This document shows, one piece after another, positions 48,173-58,340 of a stretch of 59,128 bases of DNA. Source of the stretch: a virus (lineage: Duplodnaviria > Caudoviricetes); the IMG/VR virus record IMGVR_UViG_3300048554_000481, positions 1 to 59,128 of that record, one strand, 5' to 3'. The notes beneath the pieces are model-generated. The model worked only from the letters and a program-made list of their open reading frames with translations, made no database searches and was not told the origin of the DNA. Positions within the stretch are counted from its first letter, which is position 1, and each line of letters starts with the position of its first letter. Both the position numbers and the translations under genes were made by a program.

Positions 48173-48702
48173 TCTTTCCTCATCAATACACCGATCATAC
48201 GGTTTCCATTTATTGTAGGTTTGGTTTCCCAAATGCCAAAGCTAATATACTCAACTAGTCGATCCATTATATCAAAGCCAACTTGTTTGTTAGCATTTTC
48301 TCTGCCTTTATAACGTATCACACATTTTACTTTATTATTCTTTTCTAAAAATTTAATAATGCTTTTGCATTTAGTTTCGAAATCATGTACGTCTATTCCA
48401 AGTCTAAATTGTACTTCTTTGACTACTATCTGATTTTCTCTTTGTTTTTTAGCTGTCTCTTTTTGTTTGCGTTTTTGTTCGTAAAAATATTTATTAGCAT
48501 CTAATATTTTAGCAATGGGAGGTTCAGCATCCGCATTTATTACTACTAAATCTTTTTCTTCTTCTGTCGCAATAGCTAAAGCGTCATTCTTATTCATAAC
48601 GCCAAGTTGTCCAGATTCACTAACTACTCTAAGTTGATGAAATCTTATAGCATCATTGATCTGTCGATCATCTGATTGCCTTTTGTGTCTAAACTGTTTC
48701 AA
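48169..48702 (-). CDS. infC: Translation initiation factor IF3
   Basis: INDAIR..LRVV, PPIAKILD, KEVQFR..IDVHDFETK, YKGRE. Confidence 0.9.
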   Translation of the reverse strand: MKQFRHKRQSDDRQINDAIRFHQLRVVSESGQLGVMNKNDALAIATEEEKDLVVINADAEPPIAKILDANKYFYEQKRKQKETAKKQRENQIVVKEVQFRLGIDVHDFETKCKSIIKFLEKNNKVKCVIRYKGRENANKQVGFDIMDRLVEYISFGIWETKPTINGNRMIGVLMRKE

Positions 48703-49120
48703 GACTATCCAACATTATATCTGAGTAATCTTCGACACTTTCGTATATATTATATTTTCTCATCGTATTCAAAAGTTTTCGCATACCTTTCCTTTTATTT
48801 GTATTGCTAATTATAACAAAATTATCTGACTCTTGTGTTAATACACACGCAATACCTAGTTCAGTTATGTTATCTAAATCTACATAGACTGTATCACTGA
48901 ATCTCATCATACTTACGGTCCAAGCACAATTCTCATCAACGATATTACCATCTGTATGACATAATGTAATTGGAACTGTTTTAAATAAATTTTCATACAT
49001 TAATTCAACGTCATGTAGAAAGTTACTATCACTACTTAGCACAGATATAATTGGGCCAAATTCTGGCAACAGCATATCCGGCGGCGTCACTGTGTAGATT
49101 GGGTTTTCCCTCATTTGGGT

Positions 49121-50989
49121 TTACTCGTCCTCTTTTGTTTCAATTTTTTTTATTTTTATACTTTTAATAGTTTTTGGCATCGCCGCTAATTTACCATCTG
49201 GCGAATATAATTTTCTATTCTGTCTTTCAGCTAGTTCGCTATCAGTAAGTTCCTCATCAGTTCTAGTATCATTATATGGGTTATAAGGTTCATTGTCAAG
49301 TTCTTTTGCAACTTCTTCTAATACCTCAGGATCTGCTTTTTCTAATAGTTCTTCTAACATTGCATCTACTTCAGCAGTTTTTAATAAATGCGGACCTTTT
49401 ACTCCATCATCATCCGATATGTATTCTTCCTCGAGCACTTGGTCATCGACATCTTCGAACTTTTCTCCGTCGAGTGCTTCTTCCATTTGAACATCAGGAT
49501 CTTTGGTATCTTCTTCAATAGGCTTTGGATCATTTGGTTCGGCTTTTTCTTTATCATGTCTTCTCCATTCAAATGTGTACTGACTTGCAATTAGCAATAG
49601 TACTGCTAGTGGATCAAATACAAATATAATTGTAATAATAACCCAACGTACTGCCTGTTCAAGTATATCTCTATCTGCTTCTTCATATATAAATTCTGCA
49701 ATATATTTGATAGGACCTACTTCAGCTTCCAGCTTTCTATACTCTGCTTCAATACTATACTTTTCTTCTGTGAGTGTGTCAATCTCTGTGTTAGCAGTTT
49801 TAATTCTAGCATTCTGTTCATCAATAATTGTATCTACGTCTGCACCGCCATCAACTTTAATTTTCTCTCTTAACTGTTGAATAAGTGTTTGACTTGCTTT
49901 TACATTATCATCAGCACTCTTTCTAATACGGCTTATTTCATCTCTAGCAGTAGTTACAATAGGAGACTCAGCTGAACGTACTGTGTCTATCTTTTCTAAC
50001 ATTTGCACTTCTCTAGTTTTAAGTGCTGGTATTTGATTACTTCTAATGTCTTTTACAACACCGCTAAGTCTTGTTCTTTCTTCATCAACTGTGGTTTTTG
50101 CTTCTGCTCTAAGTTGACTTATTTGGTCATTGATTCCGTTTATAACTAATTTCTGTTGTTCAATCCATGCATTAGCACTGGCTCTTGTTCTTGGACCTAC
50201 ACTGCCATCTGCCACACTTCCTATTGTTGTTTGTGCTTGTTTTACTTGTTCACGTTCACCGCTTGCAATCTGACCTTCAACTTTAACTATAGTTGCTTGT
50301 ATATTAGAAACTTGATCCAACAGTGGTTGTACTGCACTGTTGTCTACTTTGAGTCCAGCTATTTTCTCTTCGTATTCTTTTGCACTTGTTTCTAATCTAA
50401 CTATCTCATCTTTAATGTTCGTTAGCTGGTCTTCGTAAGGCTTAGTTCTATCACTGTCTACACTTCTTGCATCAGCTATAATTTTTTGTTGTTCATCTAT
50501 TGCAGGCTGTATTCTAGTATAGGCTGTGTCAATACGAGCTTGTTCTTTTTCTATTTGTGCATTTATATCATCATTACGATTGCCTGTACTTGTTTCAGCT
50601 TTTACAATCTTTTCTTCTGCACGAACAATTTGTGATTCTAGTCGTGCTATCTCAGTTTCAATTCTACCTAAGTTTTCTACACTTTCAATACTAGCACTGG
50701 TCTGTTCAATGTGTGCTTTACTAAGGAAGCCAAATATACCCATGCTTGTAATAAACATTAATACTAGCACAGCCACACTCAGGTAGTATCTCAACCACCA
50801 AGCGGCTCGCTTCCAATGCTTGTGTAACCATACTGCGGTTACCAACTTGCCTATTTCTAATGCACCACCCATAACCATAATAGGTATGGCGGCGGCGGCA
50901 AAAATCGCCACAAGTCCAGCGATACTATAATATATTGCTACTGCTGAAATTGATAAGGCTGTTATAAAAACTAAGAAACCTAAAAACAT
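49121..50989 (-). CDS. Membrane-anchored long coiled-coil protein
   Basis: N-terminal TMs (LEIGKLV, ITSMGIFGFLSKAH), coiled coil, EVGPIKYIA, VFDPLAVLLL. Confidence 0.7.
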   Translation of the reverse strand: MFLGFLVFITALSISAVAIYYSIAGLVAIFAAAAIPIMVMGGALEIGKLVTAVWLHKHWKRAAWWLRYYLSVAVLVLMFITSMGIFGFLSKAHIEQTSASIESVENLGRIETEIARLESQIVRAEEKIVKAETSTGNRNDDINAQIEKEQARIDTAYTRIQPAIDEQQKIIADARSVDSDRTKPYEDQLTNIKDEIVRLETSAKEYEEKIAGLKVDNSAVQPLLDQVSNIQATIVKVEGQIASGEREQVKQAQTTIGSVADGSVGPRTRASANAWIEQQKLVINGINDQISQLRAEAKTTVDEERTRLSGVVKDIRSNQIPALKTREVQMLEKIDTVRSAESPIVTTARDEISRIRKSADDNVKASQTLIQQLREKIKVDGGADVDTIIDEQNARIKTANTEIDTLTEEKYSIEAEYRKLEAEVGPIKYIAEFIYEEADRDILEQAVRWVIITIIFVFDPLAVLLLIASQYTFEWRRHDKEKAEPNDPKPIEEDTKDPDVQMEEALDGEKFEDVDDQVLEEEYISDDDGVKGPHLLKTAEVDAMLEELLEKADPEVLEEVAKELDNEPYNPYNDTRTDEELTDSELAERQNRKLYSPDGKLAAMPKTIKSIKIKKIETKEDE

Positions 50990-51340
50990 TTATTCTCCAA
51001 AACGTTCAGCAAATCCAAGATCGATCAGTTGCTGATTGATATCGACTTTGCCATTCTGGTTATCGATAGTTAATTTACCCATAACTCTTCCCGCTTTGCC
51101 TCTTTTGTTTACTATTGTTTCACACACAAATTCATTACCTAATAGCTCAGTTAATTTTGTTTTACTCGCTATGGCTTGTTGTCTTACTGATTCTTCATTA
51201 CTTCGGATATCTTGTACATTAACACCATACAATTTTATCCGTTGTCTTATAGTCACATTGAAACCCAAATCAATTATGGCGTCAACTGTGTTTCCATCTA
51301 TCACTCTTAATGTATTGCATTGATATGTATACATATACAA
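50990..51340 (-). CDS. Degenerate SNase-like paralogue
   Basis: RVIDGNTVD..IDLGF, GKAGRVMG. Confidence 0.65.
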   Translation of the reverse strand: MYMYTYQCNTLRVIDGNTVDAIIDLGFNVTIRQRIKLYGVNVQDIRSNEESVRQQAIASKTKLTELLGNEFVCETIVNKRGKAGRVMGKLTIDNQNGKVDINQQLIDLGFAERFGE

Positions 51341-51358
51341 AATCCTTTATTGTTTATA

Positions 51359-52075
51359 CTATTTATCGGATTTTGCCCTGGACTGTTGCTGTTTTGCAAG
51401 CCAGTCTTTTGCTATACGACTACTAGGTGCTTGATTTGCGAAAGCTCTAATGGCTTTTTCTACATAATCAAAGTTTTCTTTGCGTTCTGGATCTTCTAAT
51501 CCACCGCTATTATCTATTACATGAAAGTTGCCTGCTCCAAATATTTGTTGGAACTTCATAATATTTGCTTGTACTTGAGCCCACATTTTACTAACAACTT
51601 TACTTGGTAGTTGTCTAGCTCTTTTTTTATTACGTTCTTGTGCTACATCTTCATTTGTATTTACAAACAACATCATTGTGTCATAACCTAAACTTTTTAA
51701 GTTATCACTTTGCTTTTTTACTTTTGCTGGGTCTTTGCCTGTGCCATCTATAATAACACCAAGTCTACCATCCAAGTGACTTGCTTCTTTACTCATAGTA
51801 ACTGCTTTGGCACGATTACGAATCTCTTGTCCTCTGTCACTGTACACTTGGTCAGGATCTTTTAGGTCAAGTTCTGGTTCTGCTTTTTTGGCTAGGTATT
51901 CATAAATGTCATCACTGTTGATCATTTTTAGACCATACTGTGATCCACCCAAAAGTGTGCGGGCCACATAGCTTTTTCCACTACCTGGACCGCCAGCAAG
52001 AAATATTGCTTTAAAAATTTGAGGATCATTAGGACCCTCATTTATATTAGATTGAATTACTTCATGTATTAACAT
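51359..52075 (-). CDS. Zeta-toxin-like P-loop kinase
   Basis: FLAGGPGSGKS, INSDD, IIDGTG, ERNKKRAR; ATAAATA upstream. Confidence 0.75.
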   Translation of the reverse strand: MLIHEVIQSNINEGPNDPQIFKAIFLAGGPGSGKSYVARTLLGGSQYGLKMINSDDIYEYLAKKAEPELDLKDPDQVYSDRGQEIRNRAKAVTMSKEASHLDGRLGVIIDGTGKDPAKVKKQSDNLKSLGYDTMMLFVNTNEDVAQERNKKRARQLPSKVVSKMWAQVQANIMKFQQIFGAGNFHVIDNSGGLEDPERKENFDYVEKAIRAFANQAPSSRIAKDWLAKQQQSRAKSDK

Positions 52076-52088
52076 GCATATATTTATG

Positions 52089-52736
52089 CTAATCCCATCT
52101 GTAAAAGATATGTGCTCCAATACGACCTATATGGTTCATTCCTCTGTCATTGGCCCATCGTGGCTTAACATATGTAGCATGATAGTGTGTTGCACCTTCT
52201 GTAATACCTCTATACTTGTCACTGTACAATATAGCACCAGCTACATATTGTGCTTGCACCCATCCTGTTTCATCTCTGGGATCGTCACTTTTACCATCAC
52301 AAAACCAGCTGAATTGACACTTGTGCCTAATAGGATTAAAGACCCGATCTTCGTCAGGTAACTCTGGATCCTGTTTTGTTTTCCAACTTTCTTTTGTAGG
52401 ACCTTCTTTGATTACTTCACATACTGTGTTAGGATATCTATCATCATGTACTCTATTCAACACTACATCTGCAACTGCATATTGTCCTGCTAGATTATCA
52501 CTACGACTTTCGTAATAGATATTCAGTGCCATGCACATTGCTTGTTCATCGTTGCCTATTAATTTTGGTTGTAAAGTTTCCATGTCTTGATTTATGTCTT
52601 GGAAACTAACTAGTGTTTCGGCGCCTGCCATGTTTCCTGCTTTACCGGGTTCGATTAGCGAAAACATAAAGAAAGCAAAAAACCCCACCATAAGTCCATT
52701 CAGGCTTATTGCCATTATCTTAAAAACTCTATACAT
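52089..52736 (-). CDS. Cell wall hydrolase SleB/Hydrolase_2
   Basis: CMALNIYYESR, VVLNRV, CQFSW, GATHYHA.YV.P.W, IGAHIFY. Confidence 0.9.
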   Translation of the reverse strand: MYRVFKIMAISLNGLMVGFFAFFMFSLIEPGKAGNMAGAETLVSFQDINQDMETLQPKLIGNDEQAMCMALNIYYESRSDNLAGQYAVADVVLNRVHDDRYPNTVCEVIKEGPTKESWKTKQDPELPDEDRVFNPIRHKCQFSWFCDGKSDDPRDETGWVQAQYVAGAILYSDKYRGITEGATHYHATYVKPRWANDRGMNHIGRIGAHIFYRWD

Positions 52737-53429
52737 ATATCTGCCTCACTTACTCATTATTATTTAAGTTAAAGTTCGCCAAAAATGATTCGTTCCTTTA
52801 CTTTACCTGCATCGTCTACGAAGTCAATGGAACCATCTTTAACATCTCCACGTTGCTTCAAACCATGTTTATTTTTTGTTAATTGTTTCATGTGTTTGAC
52901 AGCTTTATTTTTATCACCAAAGAGATCACAACTCTTGGATTTTATACCTCCGTAATTATTATAATAAACTGATTCAATTTCATATGTAGCCATAATATAT
53001 ACCTCATCCTTTGTATATAATATAATACTTCAACTACTATATGTCAAGTTCAAATTGATAGTCTGGAGCATTTTCTGCTTCAAACTGTTCTACGATTGCC
53101 TTTTTCTGAGCAATCATATTCTCCAGCGAATAAACTGCCATTCGCTTCTCATCACTTGCACCTTCTGTCAAGTTAATAATTGCACCTTCAAGTATTTCGA
53201 TATCTTGGATAAGATCGTTCATAGTAGACCTCCTAGTCTAAATCACATTGCCAATAAGTGCCGTCATACCAAGCACGGAGACCACCCAGTGGATAATCTT
53301 TATGCTCAAAGAATATATACGGACGACCATTGGTGTCCAGTTTTGTTTCTATAATACTGGCTTCATTTAAAGGTATTAAACGTTCTGCACCAGTTTCTGC
53401 ATAGTACGCACTGTTAAAAATTCTAAGCA

Positions 53430-53750
53430 TTAAGATACCTCTTCAAAGCCGCACATTGCAACTTCGTAAGTTTTACCATCAACTATCATTTGGTCACCCA
53501 TTGAAGTAGATCGAAGTCCCATACCATTTTTTAACGGAGCAAGTGTAGTAACAAAAGGATTGTAATCGCCGTTTTCCATACCGTCTTCAAAAGTTTTCTC
53601 AGGTCGGCTCCAACTGCCCATTACATTGTTAGTCCAACGATAAGCATACTCAAGTGCTTCTTCAACTACATTAAGAGTTGTTTCAACTTCTGCTACTGTA
53701 ACTGGTGCATCTTCAAATGCTTTGTGGATAACTGTTACATTCATTCCCAT
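53430..53750 (-). CDS. Conserved early phage protein
   Basis: RSTSMGD..YEVAMCGF; downstream of an early promoter. Confidence 0.6.
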   Translation of the reverse strand: MGMNVTVIHKAFEDAPVTVAEVETTLNVVEEALEYAYRWTNNVMGSWSRPEKTFEDGMENGDYNPFVTTLAPLKNGMGLRSTSMGDQMIVDGKTYEVAMCGFEEVS

Positions 53751-53771
53751 GTCTATCTCCTTATTAACTAC

Positions 53772-53804
53772 TTACAGTATACATTCAAGACGTCTTACTG
53801 TCAA
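53772..53804 (-). promoter_or_regulatory. Early promoter with perfect AAGACGTCTT palindrome
   Basis: TTGACAgtAAGACGTCTTgaatgTATACT. Confidence 0.82.
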
Positions 53805-54074
53805 CCTTTTTCTACTATATCCATTGCCCATTGATCCCAGGGCTCATTTTTTGTAGCTTTCAATAAGTTAAAATCAACGTCAAAGCCATCTGCTAAAACA
53901 TCTTCTAGCATTGCATCTTTAATAACATTTAGGTTAGCTTTGTCGTTTGTATCAATCCAAAGTGTTCCATACTCCCAAAACATATTTGGAGCAGATGCAC
54001 CTAATTCTGCAAACTGTTTTTCAATAGCGGTGATTGATTTTGATTCTAAACCCATTACAAGCTCCTTTGTTAAC

Positions 54075-54113
54075 TTATACATACACTATAACACCAAGAT
54101 GTCATACTGTCAA
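54075..54113 (-). promoter_or_regulatory. Early promoter of the repeated family
   Basis: TTGACAgtATGACATCTTggtgtTATAGT. Confidence 0.8.
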
Positions 54114-54885
54114 GTGTTTTTTGGAGGTTTTGTTGTAAAATCTAAATTAAAATCATCGCCAGCTATTAGATCATCTACACTATATTCTACTGTATATGTT
54201 TTAGTAGTATCTAAATTTTTAATGTCCGCGAACAGTCTATCCAACGCTTCATCTGTCCAATTACTACCAGTATCTACATCAGTGTATATAACATTTTGGA
54301 ACTTTTTCCATTCATAATAGTTCTGAATATCAATTGGATCGCAAGGATCATATCCTTCGGCTACCATATCTTCTAATAGTGCAGTATCGTGTAATCCACT
54401 TTTACGTTTAGCTCGTTCTACATCAAAATTAAATATTTCTGCCGTCATTAGTCACACTCCGGAAACTTTTTTCTTACCAGTTGATGAATTGGTTCAAAAT
54501 GCCCATTCATGTTTTCAGCTACATATGTTTTTGGTTCTTGTGTACCCCATTTAAATATAGCAATTTTTGCCATATTAAATATCTCTCGCTTGTTAGCATT
54601 TATTAGTGTATCAGCTGGGTTGTCATCATCTATTTCATCTAGATAACGTAAAGCGAATGTCGCTATATCTTCTACACTTAGTGGGACCTCTACTTTTGCC
54701 AAGATCTTTCTACCATCGCCAGTGTCTTTTGACCTCATTGTTTTGCCTTTCTTTTGCCTATGTTAGTATTCGATGTGCCATGACATCTCTCCATTCATTC
54801 TTACTATAGTAAGAGTTTATGGCAAGATGACTCGATTGTCAAGCGAAAAAGACAAAAAAGATTATCTTTCTTCTTGACACAGTAT

Positions 54886-57426
54886 TTATGCTTCAATAAA
54901 TGAGATTGCGGAACTCCAAGTAACACTTTTGCCTGTAGAACCTTTTGCTCTTACACGGAATTGGTTACCAATAATTTCTGCATTTACATTCCAACCTGTA
55001 TATGATACAGTCCAATCACTGTTTTGATCTGGACTTAATGCGCCGCCTGATATTGCTGTATTAGCTGTATAAGTGTTTAGTTCGTATTCAACTAGATCAC
55101 CTGAAAGATAACTAGCCATTGGATCCCAAACGTCTACGCCTAAATCTGATGTGCCGCCTCTTTGATAATCTATTTTAATAGGAGTACCAACTAGACTTAA
55201 ATTACCACTAGTGTTTGTTACTAGCCCTTCTACTTTAAAGGCTTGCTTTTCGCCACTAGCCGCAATTCCCAATGCTCTTACTTCAAAGAACCAAGTCTTA
55301 TCGCTAGCTGGTTCTGGTGTGCCACCATTAAATTGTAATACAGTTGCAGTACCATCTGTTGTGTTAAGAGGATCACTTGGTATGCCTCCCATGCTTGATA
55401 CATCTACAGTTGTTGCTGTTTGTGTTATTAATACTGTACCATCTGTACTTGTTAGACTTTTAAATTTAAAATTATCTGCTGTTCTAGCATCAAATAATCC
55501 AGTGCCACTACCAACATTACTCACAGTAATTGAGTCTGATAGTGTAAGTTCGTCTGTACCTTGTGCTACAGTAATACCTGCTCCGCCAACAACACTTCTA
55601 AATCTAAGATCTGGACCGCTTACATCTTTAAATACTTCGCTACCAGATCCTAAGTTTGTGGCTCCGTTAATACCTGTTTGACTAGAAGTTGTTAACAAAC
55701 TCTTCCAAGTAGTTGTGTCTCCAAAGTATCCTTCTATGCTATGATTATCTGAATTATATCTAATCTCACCTATTTCAGTATTTGGTCGCTGTGCAGTTGT
55801 ACCAACCGGAATTTTTATTGCGGCTGTGCCTGGTATTCTCGTATTTTCTTCTAGTTCAATTTTAATGTCGCCGCCAATGCCATCTGCATTAGTAACTTTA
55901 ATTTGACCAGCAGTTTGTTCAACTTTTCTTGCTCTACTTACTCCAGCACTTTTAACTACGAGACCGCTACCTTGCTCTTCGTTCAAACTGTTTATAAACT
56001 CTAGTGCAGTGAAACTTGCTTGTTCAAAGTCAGCTATTGTACCTGTGTCACTAACACCCGGATCTTTTCTAACAAAAATTGTTAAAATATCTGATCTAAC
56101 AACAATATCATTAGCATTGGCTGATATTGCATTTTGACCTGCTTCACTGCTAACAACAAATAGTGTATTTGAACCACCATTGAAGTTTTGAATTATAGTT
56201 GTTCCTGTAACAGATGTGCCAGTTCCTGCAATGTTACTAACGTCTGTTGTAAATCCGCCAGCATTATGTCCTGGTCTATCTGTCGGGACAACAGGTGTTG
56301 ACCCATCGCTTGTTTCTTGTTCTCTTTGTTGATGATTTTGAGTAAACCCAATTACATTGCCACAGTAATCATATACTGGTGTTTGACTATCAACATTAGG
56401 TTGTGGATCATCATCTCTTTGTAGTAAATCTAATAGCTCTTGATCCAATAATAGATGAAAAATATTAGGATATTCAATTACTTCACCTTGTAATACACGG
56501 TTTCCATTTGAATCATACTGGTGTCCAACATTTGTTTGACCTGTGCTAGAACCTTTGGAATACTGTACTGGATACCCGCCTAATCTGTCATAAAGTGATT
56601 TAAGCTGACTTGTAAGTCTTGCATTACCTGAAATGCCGCCACTGTTACTATTATGTAATACTCCAATTTGTGCATTACAACCAGGATCAGGAGTTGCAAA
56701 TTGACTACCGCCTTGACTATAACTTCCACCAATGGTATTTTCAAAATTAATTAGTCCTGTTATTTGATCACCGATACTCTTAATATCTTGTGTAATAGCA
56801 TCTAATTCAGACTGTACTAGTGTTCCACTTGTAATCTTACCAATGTTACTTGCTAAATTTCCTAGTACTCCGCCGTTAAAAATATTAGTATTGAAGCCGC
56901 CATCTGCACTAATACAAGCACACATATCAGCATCTGCAATAGCACCAATGCCGTCTGTGATTGCTTTACCTGCTCCTAAGAAACTGCCCATTGCACGTTC
57001 TAACATGTTGGGAATAGCAATAGGATCTACTGGAGCACTACAGAAGTTTATCATGTTAGCAACATTTTGTGCTTCTGCTAACACACCATTGAGTCTGCCT
57101 AGTACTTCGTCAAACTTTGTATGATCCATAAAACTTTCTAAGCTACCTTGTAGCTCGTTTAATGCATCGTTGAGTTCACCTTGTATATTTGGAATACCTA
57201 ATAGTGCGGCAATATTTGTATGCAAGCACAGTTGTACGTTGGGTAATTTTAGACCATTACCCGCTAGTAAGCCGCACAGTAGTTCTCTGAGTGTAAAACT
57301 ATATTCAGCACTAACAACACCGCGTAGTGCATCAGTACCAAGTCCTTGTGTACCACTTAGATGATGTCTAGTATCTAAATAATCGTTTGCACTAGACAAA
57401 CCATTTGTAAAATCTTTGTAACTCAT
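54886..57426 (-). CDS. Large virion structural protein (baseplate/tail-associated)
   Basis: IPVGTTAQRP..GEIRYN and NLGSGSEVF..LRFRSV tail-fibre-like motifs; adjacent to the PAAR-like gene. Confidence 0.65.
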   Translation of the reverse strand: MSYKDFTNGLSSANDYLDTRHHLSGTQGLGTDALRGVVSAEYSFTLRELLCGLLAGNGLKLPNVQLCLHTNIAALLGIPNIQGELNDALNELQGSLESFMDHTKFDEVLGRLNGVLAEAQNVANMINFCSAPVDPIAIPNMLERAMGSFLGAGKAITDGIGAIADADMCACISADGGFNTNIFNGGVLGNLASNIGKITSGTLVQSELDAITQDIKSIGDQITGLINFENTIGGSYSQGGSQFATPDPGCNAQIGVLHNSNSGGISGNARLTSQLKSLYDRLGGYPVQYSKGSSTGQTNVGHQYDSNGNRVLQGEVIEYPNIFHLLLDQELLDLLQRDDDPQPNVDSQTPVYDYCGNVIGFTQNHQQREQETSDGSTPVVPTDRPGHNAGGFTTDVSNIAGTGTSVTGTTIIQNFNGGSNTLFVVSSEAGQNAISANANDIVVRSDILTIFVRKDPGVSDTGTIADFEQASFTALEFINSLNEEQGSGLVVKSAGVSRARKVEQTAGQIKVTNADGIGGDIKIELEENTRIPGTAAIKIPVGTTAQRPNTEIGEIRYNSDNHSIEGYFGDTTTWKSLLTTSSQTGINGATNLGSGSEVFKDVSGPDLRFRSVVGGAGITVAQGTDELTLSDSITVSNVGSGTGLFDARTADNFKFKSLTSTDGTVLITQTATTVDVSSMGGIPSDPLNTTDGTATVLQFNGGTPEPASDKTWFFEVRALGIAASGEKQAFKVEGLVTNTSGNLSLVGTPIKIDYQRGGTSDLGVDVWDPMASYLSGDLVEYELNTYTANTAISGGALSPDQNSDWTVSYTGWNVNAEIIGNQFRVRAKGSTGKSVTWSSAISFIEA

Positions 57427-57728
57427 TGTACTGTTTGACCCCCACCTGCTCTAACATTTGGACTAGCACTACTAGCATTTGGTCCACAATGAGGTGGTAT
57501 AGGACATAAACCATCTGGGCCAGCAGGATCTCCATTGAGTATAACTGCACGATTTTCAACTCTAACTTTACCAACAGTGTCGGTTGCTTTTAATGGTCCA
57601 CCACCATGAGTGTTTGGATCAGCGTCTATACTGACAAATCTGCTGTTTGCTCTTACTGTATTTTGTTGAGCGACAGTTGTTGCACCGCAAATTCTACTAT
57701 CACCTTGTCTATGAACATATCTTGCCAT
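57423..57728 (-). CDS. PAAR-like baseplate spike tip protein
   Basis: VHRQGDSRICG..H....SASPNVRAG; TATAAATA upstream. Confidence 0.7.
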   Translation of the reverse strand: MARYVHRQGDSRICGATTVAQQNTVRANSRFVSIDADPNTHGGGPLKATDTVGKVRVENRAVILNGDPAGPDGLCPIPPHCGPNASSASPNVRAGGGQTVQ

Positions 57729-57736
57729 GCAAGTAT

Positions 57737-58087
57737 TTATAAAAGTCCTGTGAGCTTTTCTGTATCTGACCTATCTGGTAACTTAATACCACTTGAACCT
57801 TGCAGATAAACACTTGCAATACCTTGTGATGGCGTATACATTGCAACAATCTGATCCTGACTAACTGTTACTGGGTCACTTTTATGAACATCTAAACTCA
57901 TTAGCCAAGGAATAAGCATTGCTTGTCCGTTTTGTGGGTTTAGTGTTAGTACAGTTGGCTTTACAATATGTAGTGTTTTTTGCTTAGTTGCTGAATCAAA
58001 CTTTTCAAATCTTGCTACTACTTCTTCACCTGTACTTAATTTAATGCCTATAATATCATTCTTTTTATAATTGGATGTCACCAACAT
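57737..58087 (-). CDS. Conserved phage hypothetical protein (Sm-like fold possible)
   Basis: IKLSTGEEVVAR..LIPWL. Confidence 0.55.
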   Translation of the reverse strand: MLVTSNYKKNDIIGIKLSTGEEVVARFEKFDSATKQKTLHIVKPTVLTLNPQNGQAMLIPWLMSLDVHKSDPVTVSQDQIVAMYTPSQGIASVYLQGSSGIKLPDRSDTEKLTGLL

Positions 58088-58340
58088 CTATAACTTCTCC
58101 TATGAGTTTTCTTACCATGTCTGGATTCATACGAACAAGTGCTTGCCCTCCTCCTGCTACTAGTAGTTTTCCATTGTTGTAAATTTGAGGCATAGTTCTA
58201 TGCCCCTCACTTATCAAAAACTCTCTAGCTTCAGGATTGGTATCCACTCTGATTTCTTCGTATTCAAATCCGTTTGTATCTAAGTATTGTTTAGCCATTG
58301 TGCAATAATGACACAATGGCTTACTATATACCGTAATCAC
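58065..58340 (-). CDS. Glutaredoxin
   Basis: VYSKPLCHYC..RTMPQIY..GG. Confidence 0.9.
   Translation of the reverse strand: MITVYSKPLCHYCTMAKQYLDTNGFEYEEIRVDTNPEAREFLISEGHRTMPQIYNNGKLLVAGGGQALVRMNPDMVRKLIGEVIDVGDIQL

Noticed and set aside
2455-54113. Dispersed repeats of about 35 bp as a CRISPR array or mobile-element ends
   Set aside because: They are irregularly spaced, always upstream of genes, and contain TTGACA/-10 elements, so they are promoters. No cas genes or transposases were seen.
54758-54800. Two overlapping 7-aa uORFs (MSWHIEY, MAHRILT) after a GGAG
   Set aside because: Too short to support without conservation data.
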